A stretch of 64,000 nucleotides of DNA from contig CAVGNU010000002.1 of NCBI GenBank assembly GCA_963630775.1, positions 3,406-67,405 on the forward strand, written 5' to 3'. This DNA comes from Bacteroides fragilis. Its GTDB lineage: Bacteria; Pseudomonadota; Alphaproteobacteria; Rs-D84. Below are positions 8,857 through 18,015 of the stretch, in pieces. A program made the translations under genes and the position numbers. A model generated the notes under the pieces. The model was not told the DNA's origin and did no database searches. It worked only from the letters and a program-made list of their open reading frames with translations. Each line of letters begins with the position of its first letter. Position 1 is the first letter of the stretch.

Positions 8857-10288
8857 AGTTGCTGCCCCCGTCTAACATACATTGTTTGATATCAATACGT
8901 CGTTCCAAGCGTTGCCAAAAATAATACTGGCAAATTATATATTGCGACAATGATTTTGCATTATAAGAACCGCCCAAGTCCGCAATCAATGTCCCGCACG
9001 TAACTGTTGTATTGTCTGAGTCAGATGGTGATTTCAGTGGCGCAATCGTGTCATTGTTTATTGTGCTGACAAATGCGTCTGGTAATACAGATGTGCCAGC
9101 GGGACGAATATCTAAAATGACCGCCCCTGTTTCCCCGTCCGATAATGCATCAGACGTCTGATCGCGCATTGTAATATTTGATGTAGCAATTGACGCAACG
9201 CTGATACCACTGTATGACGAATAACTCAAAGAATCTTCGTCAATATACACATCTTGGCCGCGCGCAGCATTCAGGAAAGAATTTATTTCCAATCGTTCAA
9301 CACTGAAATTCATCTTGTCGCTGACCACGTTACCACGCACATACCAATTCGCGGGACCTGTAAAACTGGTACGCCCCGCCGTCATGGCAAAATCATATAC
9401 CGATGCGGTATTTGAGTTAAATGTTCCAGCATCGCCAAACGCCGCAACCGTACGCGCATCAACAGAATCAACCGACAACGTGCCACGGGTCAACGATAAC
9501 GCAGATTCGCCGTCCGGACTTTGGAATACCGCCTTGTCCGCGGTTGCGTTTTTAATAGAATTTTTTGCCTTGCGTCCATTCTCTGTTCCGGTCAGTGACA
9601 GTGTTGTAATTTCACCCGTATCAAAACCCGCACTGTTTGCGATAATGTCGCCAACGTTAGTCAGTGAATTACCATTCATTTCCAAATTGGTCAAGAATGC
9701 GCCCGCGTCCAAATCCGTATCATTACGACGCACAATGTCCGAATACGCATCGTCCAGCGCAATCGCCACCACCAGCGCCCTATCGTCCGCCGCCGCATAG
9801 AATCCAATGCGACGCACCAGTTCTGCTATTTGAATACCCGATAAATCGCCGCCTGTCATTTTCAAATATGCCGATACCTGACTGGAATCCTTGTGAATAA
9901 CCAGTGCGATATTCTGGCCCAGTGCAGTTTGTGGTCTGAACCCCAACGGCAGCCCATACGGTTCCAGTAAATCCGTAAATTGCGTGCCCGATACCACCGT
10001 TTCGTTATACGGCAACGCAAGCGCATTTTCGCGAATAAATATACGTGCTGCTGCCGCAGCATTATCAATCTGGCGTGTGGTGGAATACATCTGGGCGGCC
10101 ATGTCGCGCGACGCCAAACGCGATGCAAAAAACGGCATAAACGCAAAAATACACGTCAACGCCAACAACGCCTGTAATAAAAAATTTCCGCTTTGATTTC
10201 GTGGCAAGTGAATATGCCCCCTCCTACATACCGAACAGAATAGCAACTGAAAAAAAATATTGCAATCAGTTTTAAGATGATTTAACAT
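8849..10288 (-). CDS. Large prepilin-like protein C (PilV/tail-fibre-like motif)
   Basis: N-terminal segment NQSG|NFLLQALLALTCIFAFMPFF with Gln at +5. Motif FLTNLEMNGNSLTNVGDI. A strong AGGAGG at 10220-10225 precedes in-frame ATT 10213 and TTG 10207, so the true start may be internal, giving a short leader peptide. Confidence 0.65.
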   Translation of the reverse strand: MLNHLKTDCNIFFQLLFCSVCRRGHIHLPRNQSGNFLLQALLALTCIFAFMPFFASRLASRDMAAQMYSTTRQIDNAAAAARIFIRENALALPYNETVVSGTQFTDLLEPYGLPLGFRPQTALGQNIALVIHKDSSQVSAYLKMTGGDLSGIQIAELVRRIGFYAAADDRALVVAIALDDAYSDIVRRNDTDLDAGAFLTNLEMNGNSLTNVGDIIANSAGFDTGEITTLSLTGTENGRKAKNSIKNATADKAVFQSPDGESALSLTRGTLSVDSVDARTVAAFGDAGTFNSNTASVYDFAMTAGRTSFTGPANWYVRGNVVSDKMNFSVERLEINSFLNAARGQDVYIDEDSLSYSSYSGISVASIATSNITMRDQTSDALSDGETGAVILDIRPAGTSVLPDAFVSTINNDTIAPLKSPSDSDNTTVTCGTLIADLGGSYNAKSLSQYIICQYYFWQRLERRIDIKQCMLDGGSNCD

Positions 10289-10357
10289 CTGTTTCGTTTA
10301 GAGAGTTGACGACAAAAATCGCCGACAATATTTTCCTTTTGAAACAACAGAAACAAA

Positions 10358-10657
10358 ATGCAAAACAAGAAAAACCAATCGTCTGTCGGGCTGATGATTC
10401 AGCGTTGTCATAAATGGCGTCAAAAAAGAAAACAGTATATTGATCAGGCCCGTCAAACCACCGATGAAATTGAACGCGAACGCCTGTTACAGGCCGCCGA
10501 ACACTATGGTCGTATCGTTGCCGCCGAACAGGGAAAAATTGATTCCACGCGCACCCCCGCAGACAAGATTTCAGCACCAGAGATTGACACAGAATCTGAT
10601 GATGCAACCGCGTCGGACGAGGTCGAAAACCCGCTGCCTGATTTTATATTAAATTGA
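10358..10657 (+). CDS. Small DUF4167-like protein
   Basis: 99-aa ORF. RERLLQAAEHYGRI resembles the ENYxQHAEHYFR core of alphaproteobacterial DUF4167 proteins. Acidic tail. Confidence 0.45.
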   Translation: MQNKKNQSSVGLMIQRCHKWRQKRKQYIDQARQTTDEIERERLLQAAEHYGRIVAAEQGKIDSTRTPADKISAPEIDTESDDATASDEVENPLPDFILN

Positions 10658-10730
10658 TGCAAAATCTTGTTCTAAATTTTGTTGAAATCTGACTGTGTTT
10701 TGCTATCCTGCGAGCAAAAGGAAGTTTGGC

Positions 10731-12278
10731 ATGGACAGCAATTACACAGTTTTAGCGCGCAAATACCGCAGTCAAGATTTTCAATCGCTGATTGGTCAAG
10801 ATGTTTTAGTAAAAACATTGACCACCGCAATCAATACTGGACGCATTGCACATGCGTATATTTTTACTGGCATTCGTGGAACTGGGAAAACCAGTACGGC
10901 GCGAATTTTAGCCAAGGCATTAAATTGTCTGTCATCAGACGGCCCAACCGCCACACCATGTGGGGTATGTGAAAACTGTCGTGCGATTGCTGCGGGTCAG
11001 CATATTGACGTTATGGAAATCGACGCGGCGTCACACACAGGTGTTGATAATATGCGTGATATTTTGGATGCTGCGCAATATCGCCCAACCAATGGTCGAT
11101 ACAAGGTATATATTATCGACGAAGTTCATATGTTGTCGACATCGGCGTTTAACGCACTGCTAAAAACACTGGAAGAGCCACCAGCACACGTTATATTTAT
11201 TTTGGCAACCACCGAAATTCGCAAAGTGCCTGTGACCATTCTGTCACGATGCCAGCGTTTTGATTTGGTGCGCGTGCCGGTTGAAACACTGAAAAAACAT
11301 TTTGCATGGATTGCATCTCAGGAAAAAATTGAACTGTCTGATGCAGCAAATGAATTATTGGCGCGCGCCGCCGATGGTTCAGTACGTGATGGATTATCGT
11401 TGTTGGATCAGGCGATTGCCCAAACTGGCGGGCACGTTGACGAAGCGGCCGTGTTGGCTATGTTGAAACGCGCAGACAGTGGCGTTGTTGTTGATCTGAT
11501 GAACACGGTATTGTCGGGCGACACCGCCGCCGCACTGGACAAGGTTGACCAGATTTACACCAATGGTGCGGATTTGTCCATGTTATTGACCGACATGATG
11601 GAATGGACACATTGGGCAACACGTATGCACCCCGCCCTGCACGCGGGCGACGTCACAACATCACCGTACACAATGGATCAGCGCGAACAGATTCAAAAAA
11701 TCAATGAACGCATTTCGTTAAATACTCTGTCCCGCATATGGCAGGTTATGGTTGCAGCCGTGTCTGAATTACAGGCGTCTGATAACCAAAAGCAATGTTT
11801 TGATATGCTGATTGTGCGATTGATGCATATTGCCGACATGCCATCTGTGAACGAAATTCTGAAACGTCAACAGATGGAACGCGCCAGTGCTCCAACCGCC
11901 CCCTCTGTTGTCACGCAAACACCTGCAACAAATGAGCCAAAGTTTCTGAAAATCACAACGGCGGATATATTGCGCGATGAATTAAAGAAATCCAAAGGCA
12001 TCATGCTGCACGCATATTTTGATACTAATATAGAGGTTGTTGATTTCACCGATGGGGCAATCAAATATTTTGATCGTGGCAATGATGAAACATTTGCATC
12101 AAAACTGGCCATGTGGCTGCAAGATAAAACAGGCCATGCGTGGACACTTTCGCGCGAAGCGGAATCGCATCACGTCCACACGGCCGCCGAACAAAATCAA
12201 ATGGCGTTGGAATCCGACCCATTGGTGGCCAGCGCGATGGACTTGTTCGATGGTGCACAAATCGTTGGCTCAAAATAA
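10731..12278 (+). CDS. dnaX: DNA polymerase III subunit gamma/tau
   Basis: Walker A GIRGTGKTSTARILAK, zinc module CGVCENCRAI, DEVHML box, SRCQRF. ATG 10731 is preceded by AAAGGAAG. Confidence 0.95.
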   Translation: MDSNYTVLARKYRSQDFQSLIGQDVLVKTLTTAINTGRIAHAYIFTGIRGTGKTSTARILAKALNCLSSDGPTATPCGVCENCRAIAAGQHIDVMEIDAASHTGVDNMRDILDAAQYRPTNGRYKVYIIDEVHMLSTSAFNALLKTLEEPPAHVIFILATTEIRKVPVTILSRCQRFDLVRVPVETLKKHFAWIASQEKIELSDAANELLARAADGSVRDGLSLLDQAIAQTGGHVDEAAVLAMLKRADSGVVVDLMNTVLSGDTAAALDKVDQIYTNGADLSMLLTDMMEWTHWATRMHPALHAGDVTTSPYTMDQREQIQKINERISLNTLSRIWQVMVAAVSELQASDNQKQCFDMLIVRLMHIADMPSVNEILKRQQMERASAPTAPSVVTQTPATNEPKFLKITTADILRDELKKSKGIMLHAYFDTNIEVVDFTDGAIKYFDRGNDETFASKLAMWLQDKTGHAWTLSREAESHHVHTAAEQNQMALESDPLVASAMDLFDGAQIVGSK

Positions 12279-12300
12279 ATCACGTAATTCGGGGGAATAC

Positions 12301-12759
12301 ATGCAAACAGAATCTGGACGTTCATTGATAGAGATTGTTGGGGTACTGGCTATCGCTGGCATTATGACCGCCGCCACATGGCAGGCGGCCAGCATGTTAC
12401 GTAACAACATGCGTCGCACAACTGCAAATCGGGTTCTGCAACAGATTGCCCGCGACACAAAATTATTATTACAAATGCGCGGGGATTATACTGGTGTATC
12501 GGTTGACTATTTGATAAAAGAAGGTGCATTACAGAATGATACCGCACCGATTGGTGGGGCGGCATGGTCTGTTACATCATCGGCGGACGGAATGTCTTTC
12601 TCTATCAATCTGGTTGAACTGACGCAATCGGAATGCGAATATTTTTCAACCGCCGCACCATCGTGGGCAACATCTATTATGGTAAATGGGTCAACATATG
12701 ACCCAGACACCAGATGTTTTTCATCATCAACAAATCAGGTTTCATTTATCGTTGAATAG
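12301..12759 (+). CDS. Small type IV pilin-like protein
   Basis: MQTESG|RSLIEIVGVLAIAGIM prepilin-type N-terminus with Glu at +5. C-terminal Cys pair (SECEYF...DTRCF). SD GGGGGAA upstream. This is the real gene inside track ORF 12037..12759. Confidence 0.7.
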   Translation: MQTESGRSLIEIVGVLAIAGIMTAATWQAASMLRNNMRRTTANRVLQQIARDTKLLLQMRGDYTGVSVDYLIKEGALQNDTAPIGGAAWSVTSSADGMSFSINLVELTQSECEYFSTAAPSWATSIMVNGSTYDPDTRCFSSSTNQVSFIVE

Positions 12760-13429
12760 TGTAACAAAAATCTTTGCGGGACTGGCCATAATAACGTTGT
12801 GCGGTTGCATGACGTATCACAGCCCAAATCGCAGCCAATGGCCACTATATCTGCGCGGGGCCAGTTTTACCGACATGACCGAACCCGCCCGCATTGCAAA
12901 ACGCCCTGTGTATTTGGGGGCGGGCGGGAAACTGATTTCCAATGAAACGCTGCCAAACAGTGCCGAATACGGGGACAAGGTTGCAAATGACAATGCCGCT
13001 GCGGTGCAATATATGGCAAACGTAGAATACACATTGTATGATGCGTTGCGTAAATCTGGCATTTCGGTTCAGCGTGCGGGCACGGATGTTGTTGTAATTC
13101 TGGTACGTGATGCGATTATGGAATTAAATGCGCCGGAAATTTCGGCAACGGGTGATGACACATTGCGTACGATTGCAAAAATCTTGAATAAATATGACGC
13201 AACATTTATTGAAATTGCGGGCTATACCGATGCAATGGACGCGACATCTGCGCATGCGCTGTCAATGGATATGGCGCAACGTGTTGGTGTGCATTTGGCC
13301 CAGCACGATATAAATACCGCGCGCATGTTTATTGTTGCGCGCGGTGCATCGCGTCCGATTGCCGCCCAAGATGACATCGGTCGCCTGACAAATCGTCGTG
13401 TCGAAATTCGTATTGTTCCGGCACGATAA
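12686..13429 (+). CDS. OmpA-family (C-terminal peptidoglycan-binding domain) lipoprotein
   Basis: C-terminal OmpA-like domain (IEIAGYTDAMD...NRRVEIRIV). Lipobox-like AIITLCGC. The more likely start is TTG 12752, overlapping the pilin stop. Confidence 0.75.
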   Translation: MGQHMTQTPDVFHHQQIRFHLSLNSVTKIFAGLAIITLCGCMTYHSPNRSQWPLYLRGASFTDMTEPARIAKRPVYLGAGGKLISNETLPNSAEYGDKVANDNAAAVQYMANVEYTLYDALRKSGISVQRAGTDVVVILVRDAIMELNAPEISATGDDTLRTIAKILNKYDATFIEIAGYTDAMDATSAHALSMDMAQRVGVHLAQHDINTARMFIVARGASRPIAAQDDIGRLTNRRVEIRIVPAR

Positions 13430-13436
13430 TTTCACA

Positions 13437-14042
13437 TTAAAACTTTGTTCTGAATCCCAGATACGCACCACCATCGGTTGGTGTCAGTGATACAGATGTT
13501 GTTTCGTTGTTGTAACGGTCTGTGAACAGGTAATTGAATCCAATACCCAACGCCGCACCCGCCGCAACGTCAGACCAGTTGTGCATCTTTACACGCACAC
13601 GGGAATAGCCCACAAATGACGCAACCGCGTACATTGGTGCACCAACCGCCCAACCATATCTGCGCTGCCAATACGCCGCACCGGAAAATGCAAACGATGT
13701 ATGACCAGATGGGAATGATTGCCCCTTTTCCCCCTCTGGCGCGTTGGGGCGTTCTTCTTGGATCGTGCGCTTCAAAATTTCGGTTGTTGCCCATGTTGAA
13801 CCAACGGAATAGCCCAGTTGCTTTACCCCCTCGTAATCACCGATATATGTGGAATACGCCAACGCCGACAAAGGCAGCAAAATCTGAAACCAGTCACCCA
13901 ATTCGCCCATGAATGCCGCCGTAGAACCCACGCGATGACCACGTTCTGTTGTATAATCATAGTGCCCATCAAAGAAAAACGCCTGCGCTGGGGCAGAAAA
14001 CGCCATAATGCCCGCCAAGGCAACTATTGAAACTTTTCTCAT
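13437..14042 (-). CDS. Secreted PAP2-superfamily phosphatase
   Basis: Signal peptide MRKVSIVALAGIMAFSAPAQA. PAP2 motifs KRTIQEERP, PSGH, SRVRVKMHNWSD. Confidence 0.8.
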   Translation of the reverse strand: MRKVSIVALAGIMAFSAPAQAFFFDGHYDYTTERGHRVGSTAAFMGELGDWFQILLPLSALAYSTYIGDYEGVKQLGYSVGSTWATTEILKRTIQEERPNAPEGEKGQSFPSGHTSFAFSGAAYWQRRYGWAVGAPMYAVASFVGYSRVRVKMHNWSDVAAGAALGIGFNYLFTDRYNNETTSVSLTPTDGGAYLGFRTKF

Positions 14043-14202
14043 TTATAATCTTCCTTTGTCTTGGTTTAACCGCATGGATTCTATATGCTAGGAATTTATT
14101 CTGTCAAGTAACGATTGTTTTGATGGGGGATAAGTTTCCCTTTTCATTTGAAAATTTTGTTGCTATACTGCGACCAGAACAATTTAACAAAGGAAGGTTA
14201 TC

Positions 14203-14892
14203 ATGGCAAACACACCTAAAACACCGGTAAATCCATCAGCAAAAAAATACGCACGTACTGGTATCATCGCGGCAATTGTTATTGTCGTTGCAGTACTGGG
14301 GGCATTTGGCCTGCGCGCACTGCACAAGACGGGCGATGCCACAACAATCAGTGGCGCATCCGTTTCAGAATCGGTTGAATCTGTCAGCACAGATGCCGCA
14401 CGCGGTGCCGATTTGCGTATTGCAATCATTCGTATGGACGCAATCCAAACAGACGCCAAGGCACTGAAAGCATTGCGCGAACAGAAAGAATCATATGAAT
14501 CCAAATTGCGTGATGAATTGACCAAAGACCAGAAGGCATTGGAAAAAGAAAAGACAGAAATCGAAAAGTCACAGGACATTCTGTCGCGCGAGGCATTGCA
14601 ACGTCGCGTTGTTGACTATCAAAACCGCGTTGCGAAATTGCAGCGTGATTTGTCCGAACGTGCACAGAGCATCGAGATTGCATATCAGAAAGCGTTGAAC
14701 GAAATCCAGACAAAACATCTAGATCCTGTTGTTGACGCTATTATTGCGAAAAAGAATCTGTCATTGGTAATTGATGGTCGTTTTGCCCGCACAGGCAAAG
14801 ATGTCACAAATCTGGACATCACAGACGAAGTTGTCAAGGCACTGGACAAGAAAGTATCCAAGATAAAAATGGAAACACCGAAAGGGTTCTAA
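14203..14892 (+). CDS. skp: OmpH/Skp-family periplasmic chaperone
   Basis: N-terminal hydrophobic segment plus a long charged coiled-coil. Sits immediately upstream of lpxD, the conserved position of skp. Confidence 0.6.
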   Translation: MANTPKTPVNPSAKKYARTGIIAAIVIVVAVLGAFGLRALHKTGDATTISGASVSESVESVSTDAARGADLRIAIIRMDAIQTDAKALKALREQKESYESKLRDELTKDQKALEKEKTEIEKSQDILSREALQRRVVDYQNRVAKLQRDLSERAQSIEIAYQKALNEIQTKHLDPVVDAIIAKKNLSLVIDGRFARTGKDVTNLDITDEVVKALDKKVSKIKMETPKGF

Positions 14893-14898
14893 AAAAAA

Positions 14899-14926
14899 GA
14901 CGCCGGCAAATGCCGGTGTTTTTTTA
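14899..14926 (+). terminator. Intrinsic terminator (member of the caccggNaaatgccggtg family)
   Basis: Hairpin ccggca-aa-tgccgg followed by T7. Confidence 0.75.
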
Positions 14927-14927
14927 T

Positions 14928-15004
14928 AAAGTTCAAAGTGCAAATAATGTGTGCGCCAAATGGCGCACTGCTTTATTCATTTGAACTTTGAACCCTGAAC
15001 TTTT
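14928..15004. repeat. Heptamer-periodic palindromic intergenic element, copy a
   Basis: AAAGTTC AAAGTGC AAATAAT - GTGCGCC aaat GGCGCAC - inverted arm (ttgaactttgaaccctgaacttt). Confidence 0.8.
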
Positions 15005-15056
15005 AACTCTGTTATTTTAAGATTGCACTTTGCTGGATTTCACGTATAATCGCGGT

Positions 15057-16100
15057 ATGTTAAATCTAATCAGATCTTTGCTGGCACCGGCGGCAAACAA
15101 AACAACAGCCGGTCAGCTGGCCGAAAAATTCGGCTTGGAATTACGCGGTGACCCAAATGCCATTGTGCGTGGCGTTGCGCCAATCGCAGATGCCCGGGCG
15201 GGCCAGTTGGCGTTCTATTCCACGGAACGCAACAGTGCGGCATTCAAAATATTACCGATAGAGGTATTAAAGAACACGCGCGCAACCGTTATTCTGGTTC
15301 AGCCAGAACAGGCAGAATTTGCCCCAGCGGGTGCGACGCTGTTGGTGACGCCATCGCCACGTGGGAATATAGTAAAAATCTTGGGCGAAATTTATCGCGA
15401 AAAGCCACGATTTGGCATCAGCCGTGATGCGATTGTTGAACGTGGTGTATTCTTCCGCAATCGTCGCAGCACATATGTCGGGCAATTTGCAACAATTGAA
15501 CGCGGGGCGGTTATTGAACCAGATGTGAAAATATACCCCTATGCATATATTGGACGCAATGTTACACTGGGGCGTGGAACGATTGTCCAGACCGGTGCGC
15601 ATATTGAAAACGCCACCATTGGGGCGGAATGCGTCATCAATTCTGGGGCGGTCATTGGCAAAGATGGATTTGGTTACACCCGTCAAGATGGGCATAACAT
15701 TTTCATTCCGCATGTTGGCCGCGTCGTTCTGGGCGACCGCGTGTCGGTTGGTTCAAACACATGCATTGACCGTGGTGCAATGACAGATACTGTTGTTGGC
15801 GACGGGACCAAGATTGATAACTTGTGCCAGATTGCACACGGTTGTGTAATTGGCAAGGAATGCTTTATTGCGGGTCAAACCGGTATGGCGGGGGGATGTG
15901 TGATTGGTGATCGCGCATTGTTGGCCGGTCAGGTTGGATTGGCAAACGGTGTTCATATCGGCAATGATGCAGAGGTTGGCGCACACAGTGGCGTATTCCG
16001 CACGGTTGACGATGGAACGCGCGCAATGGGTTATCCCGCAGTCCCTGGGATGGAATTTTTCCGTCAATATGCATGGTTGAAAAAGCAGAGCAAAAACTAA
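15057..16100 (+). CDS. lpxD: UDP-3-O-acylglucosamine N-acyltransferase
   Basis: Left-handed beta-helix hexapeptide repeats, and the skp-lpxD-fabZ context. ATG 15057 preferred over TTG 15030. Confidence 0.9.
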   Translation: MLNLIRSLLAPAANKTTAGQLAEKFGLELRGDPNAIVRGVAPIADARAGQLAFYSTERNSAAFKILPIEVLKNTRATVILVQPEQAEFAPAGATLLVTPSPRGNIVKILGEIYREKPRFGISRDAIVERGVFFRNRRSTYVGQFATIERGAVIEPDVKIYPYAYIGRNVTLGRGTIVQTGAHIENATIGAECVINSGAVIGKDGFGYTRQDGHNIFIPHVGRVVLGDRVSVGSNTCIDRGAMTDTVVGDGTKIDNLCQIAHGCVIGKECFIAGQTGMAGGCVIGDRALLAGQVGLANGVHIGNDAEVGAHSGVFRTVDDGTRAMGYPAVPGMEFFRQYAWLKKQSKN

Positions 16101-16120
16101 AATAATCCGGACGGAGGGGT

Positions 16121-16567
16121 GTGAAAATGGTTATTGACGCCAAAGGTATAGAAAAGGTTATTCCACATCGTGGCAATATGCGCATGATTGATGAAATCCG
16201 CCAATATGACGAACACAGCGGGATTGGTATTCACTATGTGCGTGATGATGAATTTTGGTGTGCAGGACACTTCCCAGACGAACCGATTATGCCCGGGGTT
16301 TTACAGGTCGAAGCATTAGCCCAAACCGCGTGTTTTATTGTTATGGCACGCCAAGGGTATAATGATGGGAAATCCATGGGATACTTTACAACCATGGAAC
16401 GTATCAAGTTCACACATATGGTGCGCCCCGGCGACGTATTGGAATTGCATGTTGAATTATTGATGCAAAAAATGTCGTTGCATAAATTCCACGGCACAGC
16501 GTATGTTGACGGTGCGCCGGTTGCCGACGCAACATTTACCGCAATTTTGCAACACAAAGATAACTGA
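16121..16567 (+). CDS. fabZ: 3-hydroxyacyl-ACP dehydratase
   Basis: IPHRGNMRMIDE...CAGHFPDEPIMPGVLQVEALAQ hot-dog fold motif. Confidence 0.95.
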   Translation: MKMVIDAKGIEKVIPHRGNMRMIDEIRQYDEHSGIGIHYVRDDEFWCAGHFPDEPIMPGVLQVEALAQTACFIVMARQGYNDGKSMGYFTTMERIKFTHMVRPGDVLELHVELLMQKMSLHKFHGTAYVDGAPVADATFTAILQHKDN

Positions 16568-16569
16568 TA

Positions 16570-16599
16570 AACAACGGACACAAAATTGTGTCCGTTGTT
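16570..16599. terminator. Bidirectional hairpin between fabZ and der
   Basis: 12-bp perfect stem aacaacggacac / gtgtccgttgtt. Confidence 0.7.
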
Positions 16600-17949
16600 T
16601 TATTTATCTTCAAATGGATTTTCGTCCTTGTGATATTCAATCACCACCGGCAGATGTTCCCACTTTAATTCTGTGGCAATCCCGCGGCGCAGGTAACGCG
16701 TGTATGATTCTGGAATATCAGACGCACCACCAACATTGATTGTAATCTTCATCGGGTGCCGACCTGTTTGCCGCGCAAATTTAATCTTCATCGGACGTTT
16801 CAGGCGCGACATGGGCGGCTGGCGCGTGGCGACCAATTTTTCAACAATACGGTTTATCAAACTGGTTGGGACTTGTGAAGATGAAATATCCCACTGTTCA
16901 TAAATACGACGAAACATATTCTGAACACCCATACCAGTTTCTGCCGATACCGCCAAAATCATCGGTTTGATAATCTGGTGAAATGAATTTGCAAATTGAT
17001 GTTTCAATTTCAGTAATTTTTCATCGCGAATTTCTGGTTCAACCAAATCCCATTTATTCAAGGCAACACATAAAATCTTGCCCGCGTCATATACGCGCGC
17101 CGCGATCCCCAGTGCCTGATTTTCAATGTTGCGGGTGGCGTCCACCATCAGGATTACCACGTCTGCCTTGTCAATCGCGTCCAAAGATTTCAATGCCGAC
17201 AATGTTTCAACGTCATCTATCACCCCCGCCTTGCGACGCAGACCAGCGGTATCCATCAGAATAATATCGCGCCCGTAAAAGCGTGTCGGGATTTTAACCG
17301 TGTCACGTGTAATGCCTGGGGCATCGCGGACAATTTGACGCTTTTCCCCCAAGACACGATTTACAAATGTTGATTTACCAACATTTGGTTGGCCCAAAAT
17401 TGCAATTTTTAATTTTTCGGCGGCGGGCTTATCATCGGCGACGGTGGTGTCCGCGGCGTCGCGGGTGGCGGCAATTTTATCGACAAATTCATAAATTGCA
17501 TCAAAACCCATTTTATGTTCCGCCGAAATTACCGTTGGTGCGCCAAAGCCCAATTTATAAAAATCATTTACATCGGCCATACGACGCGACGATTCACATT
17601 TATTTGCCAACAGCAATACCGGTGCGCGCGTCTTGCGATGAACCAAGCGTGCCCAATCCAAATCCGCACCCGTAATGCCCGCGCGACCATCAACGACGAA
17701 CAGTACCGCATCTGATGCCACAATCGCGTCCAATGCCATATTCGTTGAATCCGCGGCGATGCCTGTTTTTGCATTTTCCAAACCCGCAGTATCTGTAATC
17801 TGGTATGTGCGGTCGCGCATAGTGCCCGTCAAACTGTCGCGGGTGACCCCCGGACGGTCATGAACCAGTGCATCGCGCGTGCCAGTCAACCCGTTGAACA
17901 GTGTTGATTTTCCTGTATTTGGACGACCTGCAATAGTAATTTTAATCAT
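16600..17949 (-). CDS. der: Ribosome-associated GTPase Der/EngA
   Basis: Two tandem GTPase domains (GRPNTGKST, GQPNVGKST) plus a KH-like C-terminus. Confidence 0.95.
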   Translation of the reverse strand: MIKITIAGRPNTGKSTLFNGLTGTRDALVHDRPGVTRDSLTGTMRDRTYQITDTAGLENAKTGIAADSTNMALDAIVASDAVLFVVDGRAGITGADLDWARLVHRKTRAPVLLLANKCESSRRMADVNDFYKLGFGAPTVISAEHKMGFDAIYEFVDKIAATRDAADTTVADDKPAAEKLKIAILGQPNVGKSTFVNRVLGEKRQIVRDAPGITRDTVKIPTRFYGRDIILMDTAGLRRKAGVIDDVETLSALKSLDAIDKADVVILMVDATRNIENQALGIAARVYDAGKILCVALNKWDLVEPEIRDEKLLKLKHQFANSFHQIIKPMILAVSAETGMGVQNMFRRIYEQWDISSSQVPTSLINRIVEKLVATRQPPMSRLKRPMKIKFARQTGRHPMKITINVGGASDIPESYTRYLRRGIATELKWEHLPVVIEYHKDENPFEDK

Positions 17950-18015
17950 AACTTTTCCATTGATTTTTTGTAATTATAAAGCAAAAATATAAATAATCAA
18001 ATCGGGGGTGAAAAA

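Noticed and set aside
10731-12278. Programmed -1 frameshift site in dnaX (A AAA AAG type) producing a gamma subunit
   Set aside because: Reading through the gene, I found only A6 runs followed by T (about 11324 and 11697). There was no A-AAA-AAG heptamer with a downstream hairpin, so no claim is made.
12037-12759. 240-aa ORF spanning the dnaX 3' end and the pilin gene
   Set aside because: Its first 88 codons overlap dnaX in another frame. The real gene is the pilin starting at ATG 12301, which has its own SD.
16567-16600. Missing lpxA/lpxB after fabZ, missing mreCD after mreB, and missing recR after ybaB, considered as evidence of pseudogenisation
   Set aside because: The intergenic gaps are short and filled by terminators, with no gene remnants. 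These look like rearranged synteny, with the genes probably elsewhere, rather than decay. This cannot be judged from this window alone.
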